Translations under genes and position numbers: made by a program
Assembly: GCA_024137785.1 (NCBI GenBank)
Contig: JAHRHZ010000087.1
Coordinates: 5,751,818 to 5,815,817, forward strand
Direction of reading: 5' to 3'
DNA: 64,000 bases
Source of the DNA: Ginglymostoma cirratum
Taxonomy: Eukaryota
The notes under the pieces: model-generated
What the model was told of the DNA's origin: nothing
What the model saw: only the letters and a program-made list of their open reading frames with translations
Databases searched by the model: none
Shown: in pieces, positions 27,138 to 40,007 of the stretch
How the letters are laid out: every line of letters starts with the position of its first letter
Position numbering within the stretch: position 1 is the stretch's first letter

Positions 27138-27237
27138 CTTGCTAGTATTTTGGTCACTCATCTATTTTCTCTTTCTACAATTGTCTTAGATACTACTGCC
27201 CTGTTTTACATCCGCTTTGCTCCAAGATTTAAAAAAG

Positions 27238-28275
27238 AATCATTTATGGGATATGGGTGTCACTCGCTGAGCAAGCATTTATTGCCCATCTCTAGTTGTC
27301 CGTGAGAGGTGGTGATGAGCTATGTTCTTGAACCACTGCAATTCAAATGCTATGGGTACACCCACAATGCTGTGAGGGACGCAGTTCTGGGAATTTGACC
27401 CAGTAACACTGAAGGAATGTTATATATTTCCAAGTCAGGATGGTGAGTGGCTTGGAGAGGAACTTGCAGGTGGCGGTGTTTCCATGTATCTGCTGCTGTT
27501 GTCCTTCTAAATTCAAGTAGTCACAGGTTTGGAAATTGCTGTATAGGAAACCTTTGTGAATTACTGCAATGCATCTTGTAAATGGCAAATACTGAGCATC
27601 AGTGGCAGAGGAAATGAATGTTTGTGGATATAGTGCCAATCAAGTGGGCTGTTTGTCCTGGACTATGTCAAGCTTCTTGTATTGTTGGAGTCGCATTTAT
27701 CCAGGCAAGAGGGGTCTACTCCATCACATTTTTGACTTGTGCCATGTAAATGGTAAACAGGCTTTGAGGAGTCATGAGGGCAGTTACTTTCTCCAGGATT
27801 CCTAGCCTCTGATGTGTTCTTGTGGCCATTTATATAGATAGTTCCGTTCAGTTTCTGGTCAGTGGTAACCCCCAGGATGTTGATTGTGGAGGATTCGGTG
27901 ATAATAATGCCATTAAATGTCAAAGGATGATGGATAGATTCTATCTTGCTGGAGGTGGTCATTGTCTGGCACTTGTGTGGTGTGAATATTATTTGCCACT
28001 TGTTAGGCCAAACCTAGATATTGTCCAGGTCTTGCTGCATTTGAACATGGACTGCTTCAGTATCCAAGGAGTCACAGATGGTGCTGAACATTGTGCAATT
28101 AACAGAAAACATTCCCATTGCTGACATTATGATGGAAGAAGGTCATTGAAGTAGCTGAAGATGGTTGGACCTAGGGTATTAGCCTAAGAAGCCCTTGCAG
28201 AGATGTCTTGGAGCTGAGATGACAACAATCACAACTATCTTTCTTTAGTGCCAGGTATGACTCCAATCAGGCACA
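27238..28275 (-). mobile_element. Non-LTR retrotransposon family 2 (CR1/L2 group), 3' ~1 kb
   Basis: The minus ORF peptide reads PLTFNGIIITESSTINILGVTTDQKLN. The region is homologous to 42713-43680, and its 3' end is gggcaataaatgct...cccatatccc. Confidence 0.8.
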
Positions 28276-28329
28276 AGTTGCCATCACCTGCAAGTTTAAC
28301 TGATTTTCTTTGAATTTCTGAATCTAGGT

Positions 28330-29750
28330 TGTATGTACCTTTGAAACAACAGTGCTTTCAATGCTGAGCTATGAGGCATCTCTCTTCTTGCTTCTTCCTC
28401 ACTGTAAGTGTGTCCATTGCTTTATCCCTTTCAGCTACTTACTTTATTTGTTTGATAACCTTTCTGTAACTGGGCACCATGTTGAGTATTTTCTATTTGA
28501 GCCTCTCTCTGATTTCTAGTAACTTTTTGAATGTATTTTTGTGTGATACTTTATTCACCTCAGTGAGGCCTTTCTTGCATGATTTATGGAGATCATTCTT
28601 CCTCCTTAAATCTGTTGATGTTCCCCAGCGTTCATTGATTTCTGCCTCCTTTAATGTGCCTATGTCTCTCCGATCTCTTTCCTAGTCTTTCTACCCTCCA
28701 AAATTAATACCAGATCTCTGAGGGTTTATTTTCTTAAGCTTTTGAGGCTTGTCTTGGATGTCCAGCTTATTTATATCAGAGTCCTGAATTTCAACTGGGA
28801 TAGTTTTTATTTGTGGAGAACATATTGTTCTTTTCTTCATGAATACTTGGAGAAAGAATTCTTTCAAGTTGTTTTAATACCTTGTTGGCATCCTTATTTC
28901 ACTCAAGTTTGCACTTTTAAAGTTCTGCTGTCTGTTCTTGGTATTGTAATATTGAAAGACTAGTATACTATACCTGCTTGCCTCTAAGTATTTTCTTTCC
29001 AGGCCGCTCTCTGCTTCCTAATATACTTTTAAATGTATCTCTGCATGACACTCCACTACCTCAAGGAGCCCCTTCTCTTACTCCAGGATTTGCAGAGTTG
29101 AATTTTTCTCTTAATTTGTTTGGTAATCCATTTAAAATGAAATAGTGTGTGCTTGACAGTCTAGATTTGTTCATTTAGAGTATTCTTTTGAAAGTGGCCC
29201 ATTGTTGTTCTACCAACATTTATTGTGAAACATTTTCATTCCATCTACTTACTTTAAATCTTCCTGATCTCTTTTAAAGCTATAACCTTTCTCGGGGTCT
29301 TGAGTTTACTTGAGTCACAGATGCACAAAAACTTTAACATTCTGTTCTCGCTATCCCCAGGAGTGCCATGATCTCCATTTCCTGTATTCTGTCTGAGTCA
29401 TTTACAAATTATAGGTTAAAATCAGCGCTGTCTCTTGTGACTTTCTTTGTGATGATTCATTTACAAAATTTACCCACTAGAAATTCTAGTGTTTTTCCAG
29501 TTTACATTGAGTTGATTTAAATCACTGTTTACAAGAACTTGGCTGTTCTATCAAATGCTGCTTTATCTCTTTATCATCCTTCTTCTGCTGTTTCGGTGAT
29601 CTATTGCACACGCCCAGTACTAGTTTGGACTTTTCCATTTGTGGTTTGTATGTTATAATGCTCCATTTAAGGTGCAAACTGAATCCTTTGCTATGTGATA
29701 TCACTTAAACGGAGTACTTCAATAAATTGCTAAGATAACAGTCAATCTTC
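28330..29750 (-). mobile_element. Ancient CR1-like LINE remnant (endonuclease region)
   Basis: The minus peptide KLVLGVCNRSPKQQKKDDKEI resembles the APE motif lGvcYRpP. Heavily decayed. Confidence 0.5.
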
Positions 29751-30092
29751 CAGAAACCTTACAATACGTTCCGCTGCAGTGAACTAGAAAAAACAAGGAG
29801 TTCCTTCTCAATTCTGATCGTCTAAATGCACAACTTCGTTGGAAGATAAGAAGCCGGAATTTGTACTGCAATTTCTGCCTTTTGCCGTGTACTAAGTAAC
29901 AATGTCTCTATTATTCAGTACGTAAATTTTTGATGAGAAGGACGATCTCAAATGGGTACATGAGTCTTTGAATTAGAACTGACGTGGAATCAAATAATGC
30001 TGGAAAGTGATGCGGGATAGTATACTGTGAAGTAATGAGTAATGGTTTGTAAGAAAGATAAACTGTCCATAACCTAAATCTAGCTAAGAGAT

Positions 30093-30222
30093 TTTCTGAT
30101 GAAGGGTTTAGGCCCGAAACGTCAAGTTTTCCTGCTCCTATGATGCTGCTTGACCTGCTGTGTTCATCCAGCCCCATGCTTGTTATCTCGGATTCTCCAG
30201 CATCTGCAGTACCTTTTATCTC
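30093..30222 (+). mobile_element. PLE family A solo 3' fragment starting at its hammerhead motif (30093-30127)
   Basis: Identical to the other A copies. A 13-bp TSD, TAGCTAAGAGATT, lies at 30081-30093 and 30225-30237. Confidence 0.9.
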
Positions 30223-31317
30223 TATAGCTAAGAGATTAATAGGCATTTAAGAAATTCTGGAAAATTTATGCATATGTGTAGGCATTTAATAATTTTTTTT
30301 GAGTCAATAATTTCTAATTTAATGATATATCTGGCCAGATAGCAACAGAATGGTTTTGTCTGGCCGAGAGATTCAGATTGATCGATTTATTGGCAGTGTC
30401 CAAAGTTTGGAATGTTCAGTATGCTATTTTTCCTTGGTGGTTTTAATAGTGAAACAAAAGAAATCTATTTATTTACATTGTATTTCTAAAAACAAAGCCA
30501 GCCTTTTGTCTCTGATGCACTTCAGGATGACCAATTTGTAGCAATTACACTAGAAATGCTCAACCCTTGCTTAGCTTTATATCAGTATATTATTCCAAAA
30601 TGATTTAGAAATGATATTGGCACAAATCTTCAACTCTGGGTTGGATTCCTTATTCCCAGATCAGACAAAAGGTTACCAGCTTCCTTGCCAGAAATTTTTA
30701 GTCCTAACTTCCCGAAACAGCATCTATCGCAAAAGACGCAGTGAAACAAACCACACAGACAGCCTTAGGGGTGTGTTTGCACAGAAACCACTTCCCTTTT
30801 TTTGATGTAATATCTGCCATATTTAACTAAATATCCTGCAGGTTAAAATATCCCAAATCCTCTTGAACAATGACTGAAAAAATGTGTAAGGAAAATGGGT
30901 GAGGAGATAAGGCACCAAGTAAGTGATTGAGAAATGAATTGGGAGTCAATTTGAGTGAATGTGAGGTCAATTTTATAGTTTTCCAGAGGTTAGAGTAAAT
31001 TTTAATCCATTTAGATTTCCTAGGTAATTATTAAGATGAGCGAGTCGGAACCCAGCAAAGTCTCTGACTCTAACTCTGAATTGGGAATGTTTTTAGAGAG
31101 TTACAGACTCTAAGGAATTGTCTGTTGGAAGTGTTAAATTCCTGGTTAATTGTTGGATCAGTGCGATAATCCCTCTGAGAGGTTGTGAAGTACATCTTTT
31201 ACAATATATCCAGTCTCTAACTAGACCTGAAGATCTGGGCCGTTATTTCATGCACGTGTACATGTATATCCAGAATGCCTCATCACTCATGACTGCACTA
31301 CAGTACTAAATTAATAC

Positions 31318-34300
31318 AATACAGTACAACATAGGAATAGGCATTTTGGCCCACCAAGCCTGTGCCGATTCCTAGTCCTTATTTGAACCTGCTATTTATT
31401 GTCCATGCAGAGTTTCTATGCCTCTGTTCAACTCCTGTTCATGTGTCTATCAAGATATGCCTTAAAAATAGCTAACGTGTCTGCTACTACCATCTCCACA
31501 GGCCGTGTGTTCCAGGCACCCACCATCCTCTGTGTGAAAAATTTTCCACTAAACTTCTCCCCTAAACCTTCCCGCTTACCTTGCACTGGTGCCCTCTTGC
31601 AGTTGACTTTTCCACTCTGGGACAAAACCTCTGACTATCTACCCTATCTATGCCTGTCATAATTTTGTAGACCTCTATCTGGTTGCCCCTCAGCCTCTAT
31701 CTTTCAGTGAAAGCAGTTTGAATTTCTCCAAGCTCTCCTTATAATTAAAACCCTCCAGACCAGGCAACATCCCTCTGAACCTTCTCTTCACTCTCTCCAG
31801 AGCATCCACGTCTTCTGGAGTGTGGCAACCAGAACTGCGCACAATATTCCAAATGTGGCCTAACTAAAGTTCTGTACTGCTGTAACATAACTTGCCAACT
31901 TTTATATTCAGTGCCCTGGATGGTGAAGGCAAGCATGCTGTTTGCATTCTTGACCACCTTATCCACCTGTGTTGTCACTTTCAGGGATCTGTGGACCTGT
32001 AGCCCAGATCCCTGTGTATAGATTACAGAATCCCTAAAGTGTGGAAACAGGCCCTTTGGCCCAACAAGTCCACACTGACCCTCAGAGCATCCCATCCAGA
32101 CCCATCACTCTATACCCCACCTAATCTACACATCCCTGAACGCAGCAGGCAATTTAACATGGGCAATCCACCTAGCCTACACATCTTTGGACTGTGGGAG
32201 GAAAATGGAGTACCTGGAGGAAACCCACGCAGACACAGGGAGAATGTGCAAACTTCACACGAACAGTCACCTGAGGGTGGAATTGAACCTGGGTCCCTGG
32301 CACTGTGAGGCAGCCATGCTAACCACTGAGCCACCATGCCACCCTGTGTCAATGGGTTCTGCCATTTATTGTATAATTCAGACCTGAATTTGATCTTCCA
32401 AACTACATCACCTCACATTTGTCCAGACTAAACTCAATCTGCCATTTCTTTGCCCAAATCTGTAATCTATCTACATCCCGCTTTATGCTTTGACAATCCT
32501 CCTCACTAGCTGCAACTCCACCAATTTAGGTGTAATCCACAAACTTACTAACCAGACCACCTACGTTTTCCTGCAGATCATTTATATAAATTATAAAGGT
32601 CCTAACATTGATCCCTGTGGAATACCCCTAGTTACTGATCTCCGTTCTGAAAAGCACCCTTCCACCACTACTCTCTGCCTTCTATGAACAAGCCAGTTCT
32701 GTATCTATCCAGCTAGCACACTCCAGATCCCATGAGACTCAACCTTTTGTATCAGCCTGCCATGATGTTTCTTATCAAATGCCTTACTGAAGTCCATGTA
32801 GACTACATTTACTGCCCTTCCCTCATTAATCACTCTCATCACCTCCTCAAAAAACTTAATCAGGTTGGTGAGACATGACCTTCCCAGCATAAACCCATGC
32901 TGCTTATCACATAAAAGTCCATTTGCTTCTAAATATGAATAAATCCTATCTCTTAGTATCTTCTCCAACAACATCCCCACCACTGACGTCAGGCTCACCA
33001 GCCTGTAATTACCTGGATTATCTCTATTTCCCTTCCTAAACAAAGGAACAACATTGGCTATTCTCTAGCCCTCTGGAACTTCGCCTGAGGCCAAAGAGAA
33101 TGTGAAGATAGCTGTTAAGGCGCTAGCTATTTCTTCCCTTGCCCTTACAGTAGACAAATCCCATCTGGCCCTGGAGACTTGTCTAGCTTAATGCATTTCA
33201 AGACAACCAACACTTCTTCCTTCATTATATTGACCTGCCTGAGAATATTCACACACCTTTCCCTAACCTCAACATCCCTCATGTCTCTCTGTTTGGTGTA
33301 TAACAATGTAAAGTACATATTAAGGATCTCAAACATTTCCTCTGGCTCCACACTTAACCTCCCTCCTTTTATCTTCAAGTGGGCCTACTGTTTCCTTAGC
33401 TACTTTCTTGCTACTAATATATGGATAAAATGCCTTGGGATTCTCCTTAAGCCTGTGGCCAAGGGCATTTCATGGTCCCTTTAAACCCTCTTAACTCCCC
33501 ATTTGAGTTCCTTCGTGGTTTCTCTGCATTCTTCAAGGACTTTGTTCTTCATTGTCTAGACCTTAGATATGCTTTCTTTTTTTTGACTTAGCTGATAATT
33601 TCCCCTGTCATTCCAAGGTTCCTGAATCCTGTCATTCCTGTCCTTCATTTTTACAGGAACATGCCTGTCCTGCACTCTAATCAACTTGTCTTTAAAAGAC
33701 TTTCACCCATGTCAGATGTGGATTTACCATCAAACGGCCGCTCCAAAACCACATTTTCCAATTCTTGCCTAGTTCGGAAATTGGCCTTCCCCCAATTTAA
33801 CACTTTCATCCAAGGTCCACGCTTGTCCTTATCCATAAGTAGCCAAAAACGTATGGAATTAAAGTCACTATTCCCAAAATACCCATCCACTGAAACTGAT
33901 CACCTGGCTGGGCTTATTTCTCAATATCAGTATGGCCCTCCTCCCTCATTCAAAAAGCCCTCCTGCACACACATAACAAATTGCTCCCCATCCAAACCTT
34001 TGGCAGTAAGGAAGTCTCAGTCAATATGGGGGAAGTTATAATTATGCGCCACACCAACCCTGCTATTTTCACATCTTTTCAGAATCTGATGACATATCTC
34101 TTCCTCTATCTCCTGCCAGCAGCTGGGAGGACTGTAGTACGATTGCACCTTTCCTATTCTTGAGCTCTACCCATTATGCCTCGCTGCAAGATCCCTCCAG
34201 GGTGTCTCCCTCAACACAACTGTGATATGCTCCGTAACCAGTAATGTAACTAGCACACTTCTTTTACTTCCTCCTCTTTCTCGTCTAAATATTGATATCC

Positions 34301-34585
34301 TGGAACGTTAAGCTGCCACTCCTGTCCCTCATTCAACCATGTCACTATGATGGCAACAACATCATAATTGCATAAATTAATCCAGGCTCTAAGTTCATCT
34401 GTTTTACCTATGATACTAAGTACACTGAAGCAAATCCAGCCCAAGCCTTCAGTTCTGCTGAGCTCAGTAACCTCTCCCTGACTGCTCTTCCTCTTAGCTA
34501 TATTTGCCTTAGTCTTAAGCTCTTCATCAGTCTCTATACTTACTGCTCCGCTGCTCTGGTCCCCAGGTCTGTCACACTAGTTTAG
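31318..34585 (-). mobile_element. CR1 LINE, decayed ORF2 (APE + RT) with 3' UTR, interrupted by a SINE
   Basis: Peptides include IIGKTDELRAWI..YDVVAI..TWL, DKSPGPDGI, NPGNYRLVSLTSVVG...QHGF...VVYMDFSKAFD and LVRPHLEYCAQFW. There are many frameshifts. Confidence 0.92.
32018..32341 (-). mobile_element. HE1-like tRNA-derived SINE nested in CR1
   Basis: Reverse complement of the 24415 family. An 8-bp TSD, CCCTGTGT, lies at 32010-32017 and 32342-32349. Confidence 0.9.
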
Positions 34586-36124
34586 GATGTTGTTTTATCA
34601 CACATATAGAGATGAAAATGTACACTAAATAAGGTCAGTACTTGAGAAAACATGGTGATTATTTCAGGTTTCTGGTAACCACAAGACGTAACAAGCAGCA
34701 CAGGATGCATTTGATCTCATGATCTGTCACTTTATCCATACAAAACAGTTTGTATTCCTTTGAGTTCCTGTGGCCAACTCCTTGGGTGATCCACTTTATG
34801 ATTTACAAATTTGATTATAATCAGGTTTGTGAAAATATTACGTGCTTATTTTCAGCCTTCATTTATATATCATAATAACTGCAGTCATAACATTGTCAAG
34901 TCCAAATTGAGACTTTGGTAAGATGAACCAAAGTATAAAATTGTTATCTGACCTGGTTTCATTCCTGTCAGGATCATTAACTTAAATTCAGGATGATTTA
35001 ATGTGTCAAAATGAAAATGGACTTTGGAAAATTTAGTTAAAGTAAGTATTTTTGCGAATTTGGTTTGCATTATTTAAACATGTCAATTGTAAATACAATG
35101 CACTTTCCAACCCAACAAATGGCAAAAAATATTCTTTTTTCTCATGTTTCCTTCAGATTCTCACTAGTTCCTTTACAGCGTGATGCAGACATGTAGTCAC
35201 ATAACCTTCTCTATTTGTGTTGATACATAATGTATTTGAAGTCTCTCAGAAGCAGATTTAGAAGAATTCATCGTTTACTTGATAATTATCAACCTCATTA
35301 AACATAAAGCCGTAACACACAGGGGAAGTATTAATTTTGTGGAAACCACACTTCTTAAATTGGCACGACAGGCATATGTTATTAACAAAAGTTTTTTTTT
35401 TCAAAATAGCTGACACATACTTCTGCACAAAAGAAAACCCCATCACCCAAAACATACCTTCTGCATATACACAAAGCTGGAATATTTTAACCAAGCAGCT
35501 GCTACCCATTTTACTATATCTCTGATCTCAATCTCTCATTGTTAAATTTAACGCAGCATTTATTACAATAACTCCACTAAGTTTTCCCCATACATCTCCT
35601 GAACAATAAAGTCTAAAATTAGAGACACTGCATTTATTTGTAAAACATTAATTAGCTCAGTGATTTAAAGATATCCTAGCTTCTAGTTAGCAGTGTGTTC
35701 CTTTTTGACAGATATGAAACTGTTCTCTCTCCTGTTACAGCCTCCCTGTCACTTCCCTGCACTTTCAATCCACTTCTCTCTTTCAACTCCTGTTGCAGCT
35801 CGCCACTGCGATTCCCCCCCGCCTTGCCCCCGACAACCTTCCCACTCTCCTTCCTGTCCATGCAGTCTCCCTTTCTCATCCATCTCCAATTGCAACACGT
35901 CCCCACTTTTCTCTCCTACTCATCTTGATATCTTCCAGTTCACCCCAGGCTCCCCCATTACCACTCAGCCCCCCTACATCTCCCTATCTGTGTCTGTCTT
36001 GGAACCAATTTAATCAGACTTTCTGCGTTCAAGAAAGAGTGAACTTATCAGCTGCTAAAACATGAGAAAAGAAAACATGGCACATATACACACAGATTAG
36101 AAATGAGAGGCAAGTCAAAGAAGT

Positions 36125-36413
36125 TATCTCCTCCCTACCCCCCTACCTACACTCACCTTTACTGGCTCCATCCCCGCCTCTTCGACTTGTCTGCCTCCTC
36201 TCCACCTATCCTCTCCTCTATCCATCCTCTATCCGCCTCCCCCTCTCTCCCTATTTATTTCAGAACCCTCTTCCCCTCCCCCATTTCTGATGAAGGGTTT
36301 AGGCCCGAAACGTCAAGTTTTCCTGCTCCTATGATGCTGCTTGACCTGCTGTGTTCATCCAGCTCCATGCTTGTTATCTCGGATTCTCCAGCATCTGCAG
36401 TACCTTTTATCTC
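36125..36413 (+). mobile_element. PLE family A solo 3' fragment (longest A copy) with hammerhead motif at 36283-36318
   Basis: A pyrimidine-rich leader matches 21340-21445. A 10-bp TSD, TCAAAGAAGT, lies at 36115-36124 and 36412-36421. Confidence 0.9.
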
Positions 36414-38709
36414 AAAGAAGTAAAAGTTGTTTTTTTCAAATGTTGACTCAGTCTTTGGCATATCAAATACATTGTGAAACTTTGCGAACATTAAGTTGGG
36501 TGATTCCAGCTTTGATGACTTTGGTAGTTGAACAGTTGCTTGAAGATTCTTGGATTCTTGGTTCTGCAGTTAGCTGCAAGTAGTTTGTCCAGATTCTTTC
36601 AATAGTGACTTTTCTAGCTTGACTTGTGTTCAGCAATCAGAGAGTTTTATTTCATTTTGGCTGTGCATACAGGATGTCCAGTGTGAGTTCATAGCATTGC
36701 CACTTTTATCGCACACCTTTTAGCCCAGTGGAACTTGAACCATAAGCTACTGCATTAGCACACTGGCTGTCTAAGACGCTAGCACACACAGATTAGAGGT
36801 CACAGATATTTTTAAATGCCCTCTCTCTTTTAGCCCTGACAATGTAAAATAGAAAAATGTCTTTTGTGCAGAAATGGCTTTCATTTAATTTGTATCATGT
36901 TTTCAGTCTGAGACATGACCTAAAGGAGATCATAGCTTAATGTTTTGAATGGCATCTCTCCCTTTGAAGTGTTGTTGTCTGAAGTTCTGTTGATACTCTC
37001 CAAGTGCAATACTCCATGATTTCTCTCAGGACTTTATAATCCGTACAAGTGATGTTACACAACCACTGAATTTACATCCTTTATCATCCTTTGGCATGTA
37101 TGTCTTTCTTTGTAAAACAAAGCAAGTATTTGAAATTCAGTGCAGGCATGAATAATTTGGGGTTATGATCTGTTTTCATGATACAAGCAGTTAAAAAGAT
37201 TTTTTTAATAAAAGAAAAAGATGTAGTCATCCAATGAGATGATGAAACAAAAATAGGGGAGGACTCTGCTATTGACAGTGAAGCAGATAGAGGCGATGCT
37301 AAAGCTGAAGGACCAAAATATACAAAGTAGAATGTAGGATAGATGGAAGTCTCAGTGGTAGGTTGTGGAAAGATATTTTTCCCTGAGACTGAGAACCACA
37401 GAAAGAAGTGCATAAATGCCACAGCAGAATAGGAACCAGATTTGATTTACACATTCTGCATAGTTGCAAGCAGGTATTACATTGGAAGGGTGGCCATTTC
37501 CTCCTCATGAATGAGAAGGGAAAAGGGATGGAAGGAAATTAGAGGCAAGTGTTTTGTCAGCCGTATTTATGCACCTCTTAGCGCCTAACTCAGTTATTTT
37601 GACAGCTGCTTGAAATTGGGCTGCTTCACCATGCCGGCATTGTATAAGTGAGAAAATGGGATGGTTGTGATTTGGGAGATGAAGAGTTAGAAACAAATTC
37701 AAGATAAGATTTGGTCCTGTAACTATTGTGTGTTCAGATATTGTGTGCTTCAAATAAAAGTGCAAGGATTCTGTCTGTCAGTTTTATGTCTCCATTGATT
37801 TAAATGGGACCAGCTGCAGGAACACATTCCAATCTTTCTGTCAATGTTATCAAACGGATTTTTAAAATAAATCTAAATTACCTTAGATATGAATTATGAA
37901 GTAAAGCTTTTAATTTTTGAGAATTTCAAAAACAATTGGTCTAATGTTCATAATTATAAGCCCGGGAAGGAAGCAGAGCGTTATGTATTACTTGCAGAAT
38001 CCACACAAATCTCAGCATTCCATTCCCCTGATGAGTTCCAGCAACTGCACACAGCACTATTACAATTGGCTTCTGACAGCCAGGGCCCTTCTCCAGCCTC
38101 ATTTGACTGCATTTTATGTATTGGTTTGGGGAATGAAAGACAGTGGTTTGGTGGGAGGGAGGTGGGGTGGGGGTAGGGGGGAGGTAGAAGATGAATAATT
38201 CAAAGAATATGCGCATAATTTCTCTGAAATGTGGTACTTTCATTGCAGTCATTTATTTATTTTTTGTTCTTAGAAGATTGCTTTCAAATCGCAGATGGTA
38301 TTCAGTTCCAGAAACAGCCAGGGCTGGAAAACCCGTGTGAGCGGGTCATAAATTACGGCAATAGTTGAAGCGTTCAGCTGTTATGGCACTTGAGAAATCT
38401 GTGTGCCTCCGACCTAATAAAACCTCTTGGAGTTTTCAGAGTGCATATGAATCCCATTCAGTAAACAACCTATATATTACATAACTCTTTTTAAGATTTA
38501 AAAAGATTTGATATTAAGAAGCTTGACTGGTTGCTAAATTTTAAAGTAAGATATATTGCTTAAACGGATTGAGTTTGGTAATCTGCAGTTGTTGAACAGG
38601 ACTGCTATCGGTTTTTGAGAAACATGAAAATATTTAATTCACCCCAATCCCCAACTCCACAGCGTTGTTTACATGAGATTGCTCTCAGCAAAGCTGACCT
38701 ATTTCCTGC

Positions 38710-38968
38710 GATTTACATCTACCATTAACACCTATTCTTCATGGATGTCACTTCTCTCCTCCCATTAGTGTACTCCCTTTGTCTTTTGCTTAAGAACCCA
38801 CATCATCTGTTGCATTTACTCCTCCTCCTCCTTTCACAATAGCATAAAAAAACACCATTTTCCATCCCTTTCAGTCCTGAAGAAGAGTAATTCGGGACTG
38901 AACGTTAACTCTGTTTTCTCTTCACGGATGCTGCCAGACCTGCTGAGTTTCTCCAGCATTTTTGTTCA
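38710..38968 (+). mobile_element. Older PLE 3' fragment with a decayed hammerhead
   Basis: Reads cagtcCTGAAGAagagtaattcgggactGAACGTTaactctg...gatgctgccagacctgctgag. Confidence 0.7.
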
Positions 38969-39328
38969 ATTTGCACCTAAATATTAGGTATCATCTCAAT
39001 GAAATTGGCTCGCAGGATAACTTGTATGCCAAACAGCAGAAACAGCAAGTGATGGGTGGTGCTAAGCAATTCCACTACCAAAAGAGCACATCAAAGCTCT
39101 GCTGTCCTGCCATATCCAGTTGTGAGTGGTTGTGGCCAAGTAAATGTCGCACTAGAGGAAGACATTCCACAAACATCTCCATCCTCAATGATAGGGAACC
39201 CAGTACATCAGTGTGAAAGATGAGGCTGAAATACTTGCAACAATCTTCAGCCACAAGTACTGAGTGGATAATCCAAGTTTGCCCCCTCCAGAGGTCCCCA
39301 ACATCACAGATATCAGTATTCAGCCAAT

Positions 39329-39487
39329 CTGGTTAGGTAGATTGGCCATGCTAAATTGCCCATAGTGTTCAGGGAGGTGTAGATTAGGTGGGTTATAGGG
39401 GGATGGGTCTGGGTGGGATGCTCTGAGGTTCGGTGTGGACTTTTTGGGCTGAAGAGCCTGTTTCCACACTGTAGGGATTATATGATT
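39329..39487 (+). mobile_element. HE1-like SINE, 3' half
   Basis: gttaggtagattggccatgctaaattgccc...gcctgtttccacactgtagggatt matches 24584-24732. Confidence 0.85.
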
Positions 39488-40007
39488 AATCCACCTGATG
39501 TCAAGAAATAGCTGAAGGCATTGTGTATTGAAAATGCTATGGACCCTCACAATATTCCAGAAATAATAATGAAGACCTTGGCTCCAAGTCTTACCATGCC
39601 CCTACCCAAGCAGTTCCAGTACAGGTGCCATTCTGGCACCTAGTATCAATAATTAAAAAGTTACTGATCATTAATGAAGTGATAAAAAGGGCCATCAATA
39701 GTAGTGCAAAAACCACTCACTTAGCAAAAACCTGTTTTGTGATGTTCAGTTTAGATTCTGCCAGGACCACTTAGCTTCTGACCTCATTACAGCCTTATTT
39801 TGATCATGGAGGAAAGACCTGAATTCAAAGATGAGGTGATAGTGATCACCCTTCACATCAAGGAGCAGCATGGGCATCAAGTCGCCTGAGCAAAGTTGCA
39901 GTCAGAGGGATTTGCAGGTTGAGGGGTAACTGTCCACTGATTGGAGTCATACTTGGCACAAAGGAAGATGGTTATGATTGTTGTAGGTCAGCCATCTCCA
40001 CGCTAGG

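Noticed and set aside
29911-30246. Recurrent peptides GLDEHSRSSSIIGAGKLDVSGLNPSSE / SDEGFRPETSSFPAPMMLLDLLC in many ORFs
   Set aside because: These are translations of the same repeat on either strand, not a gene family.
35690-36013. Pro/Ser-rich overlapping ORFs
   Set aside because: Low-complexity pyrimidine-rich sequence open in several frames, with no recognisable domain.
38255-38400. Possible extra exon or enhancer (polypyrimidine-AG at ~38273, locally more CpG, GTCATAAA motif)
   Set aside because: No peroxidasin-like translation and no convincing donor. Conservation cannot be judged without alignments.
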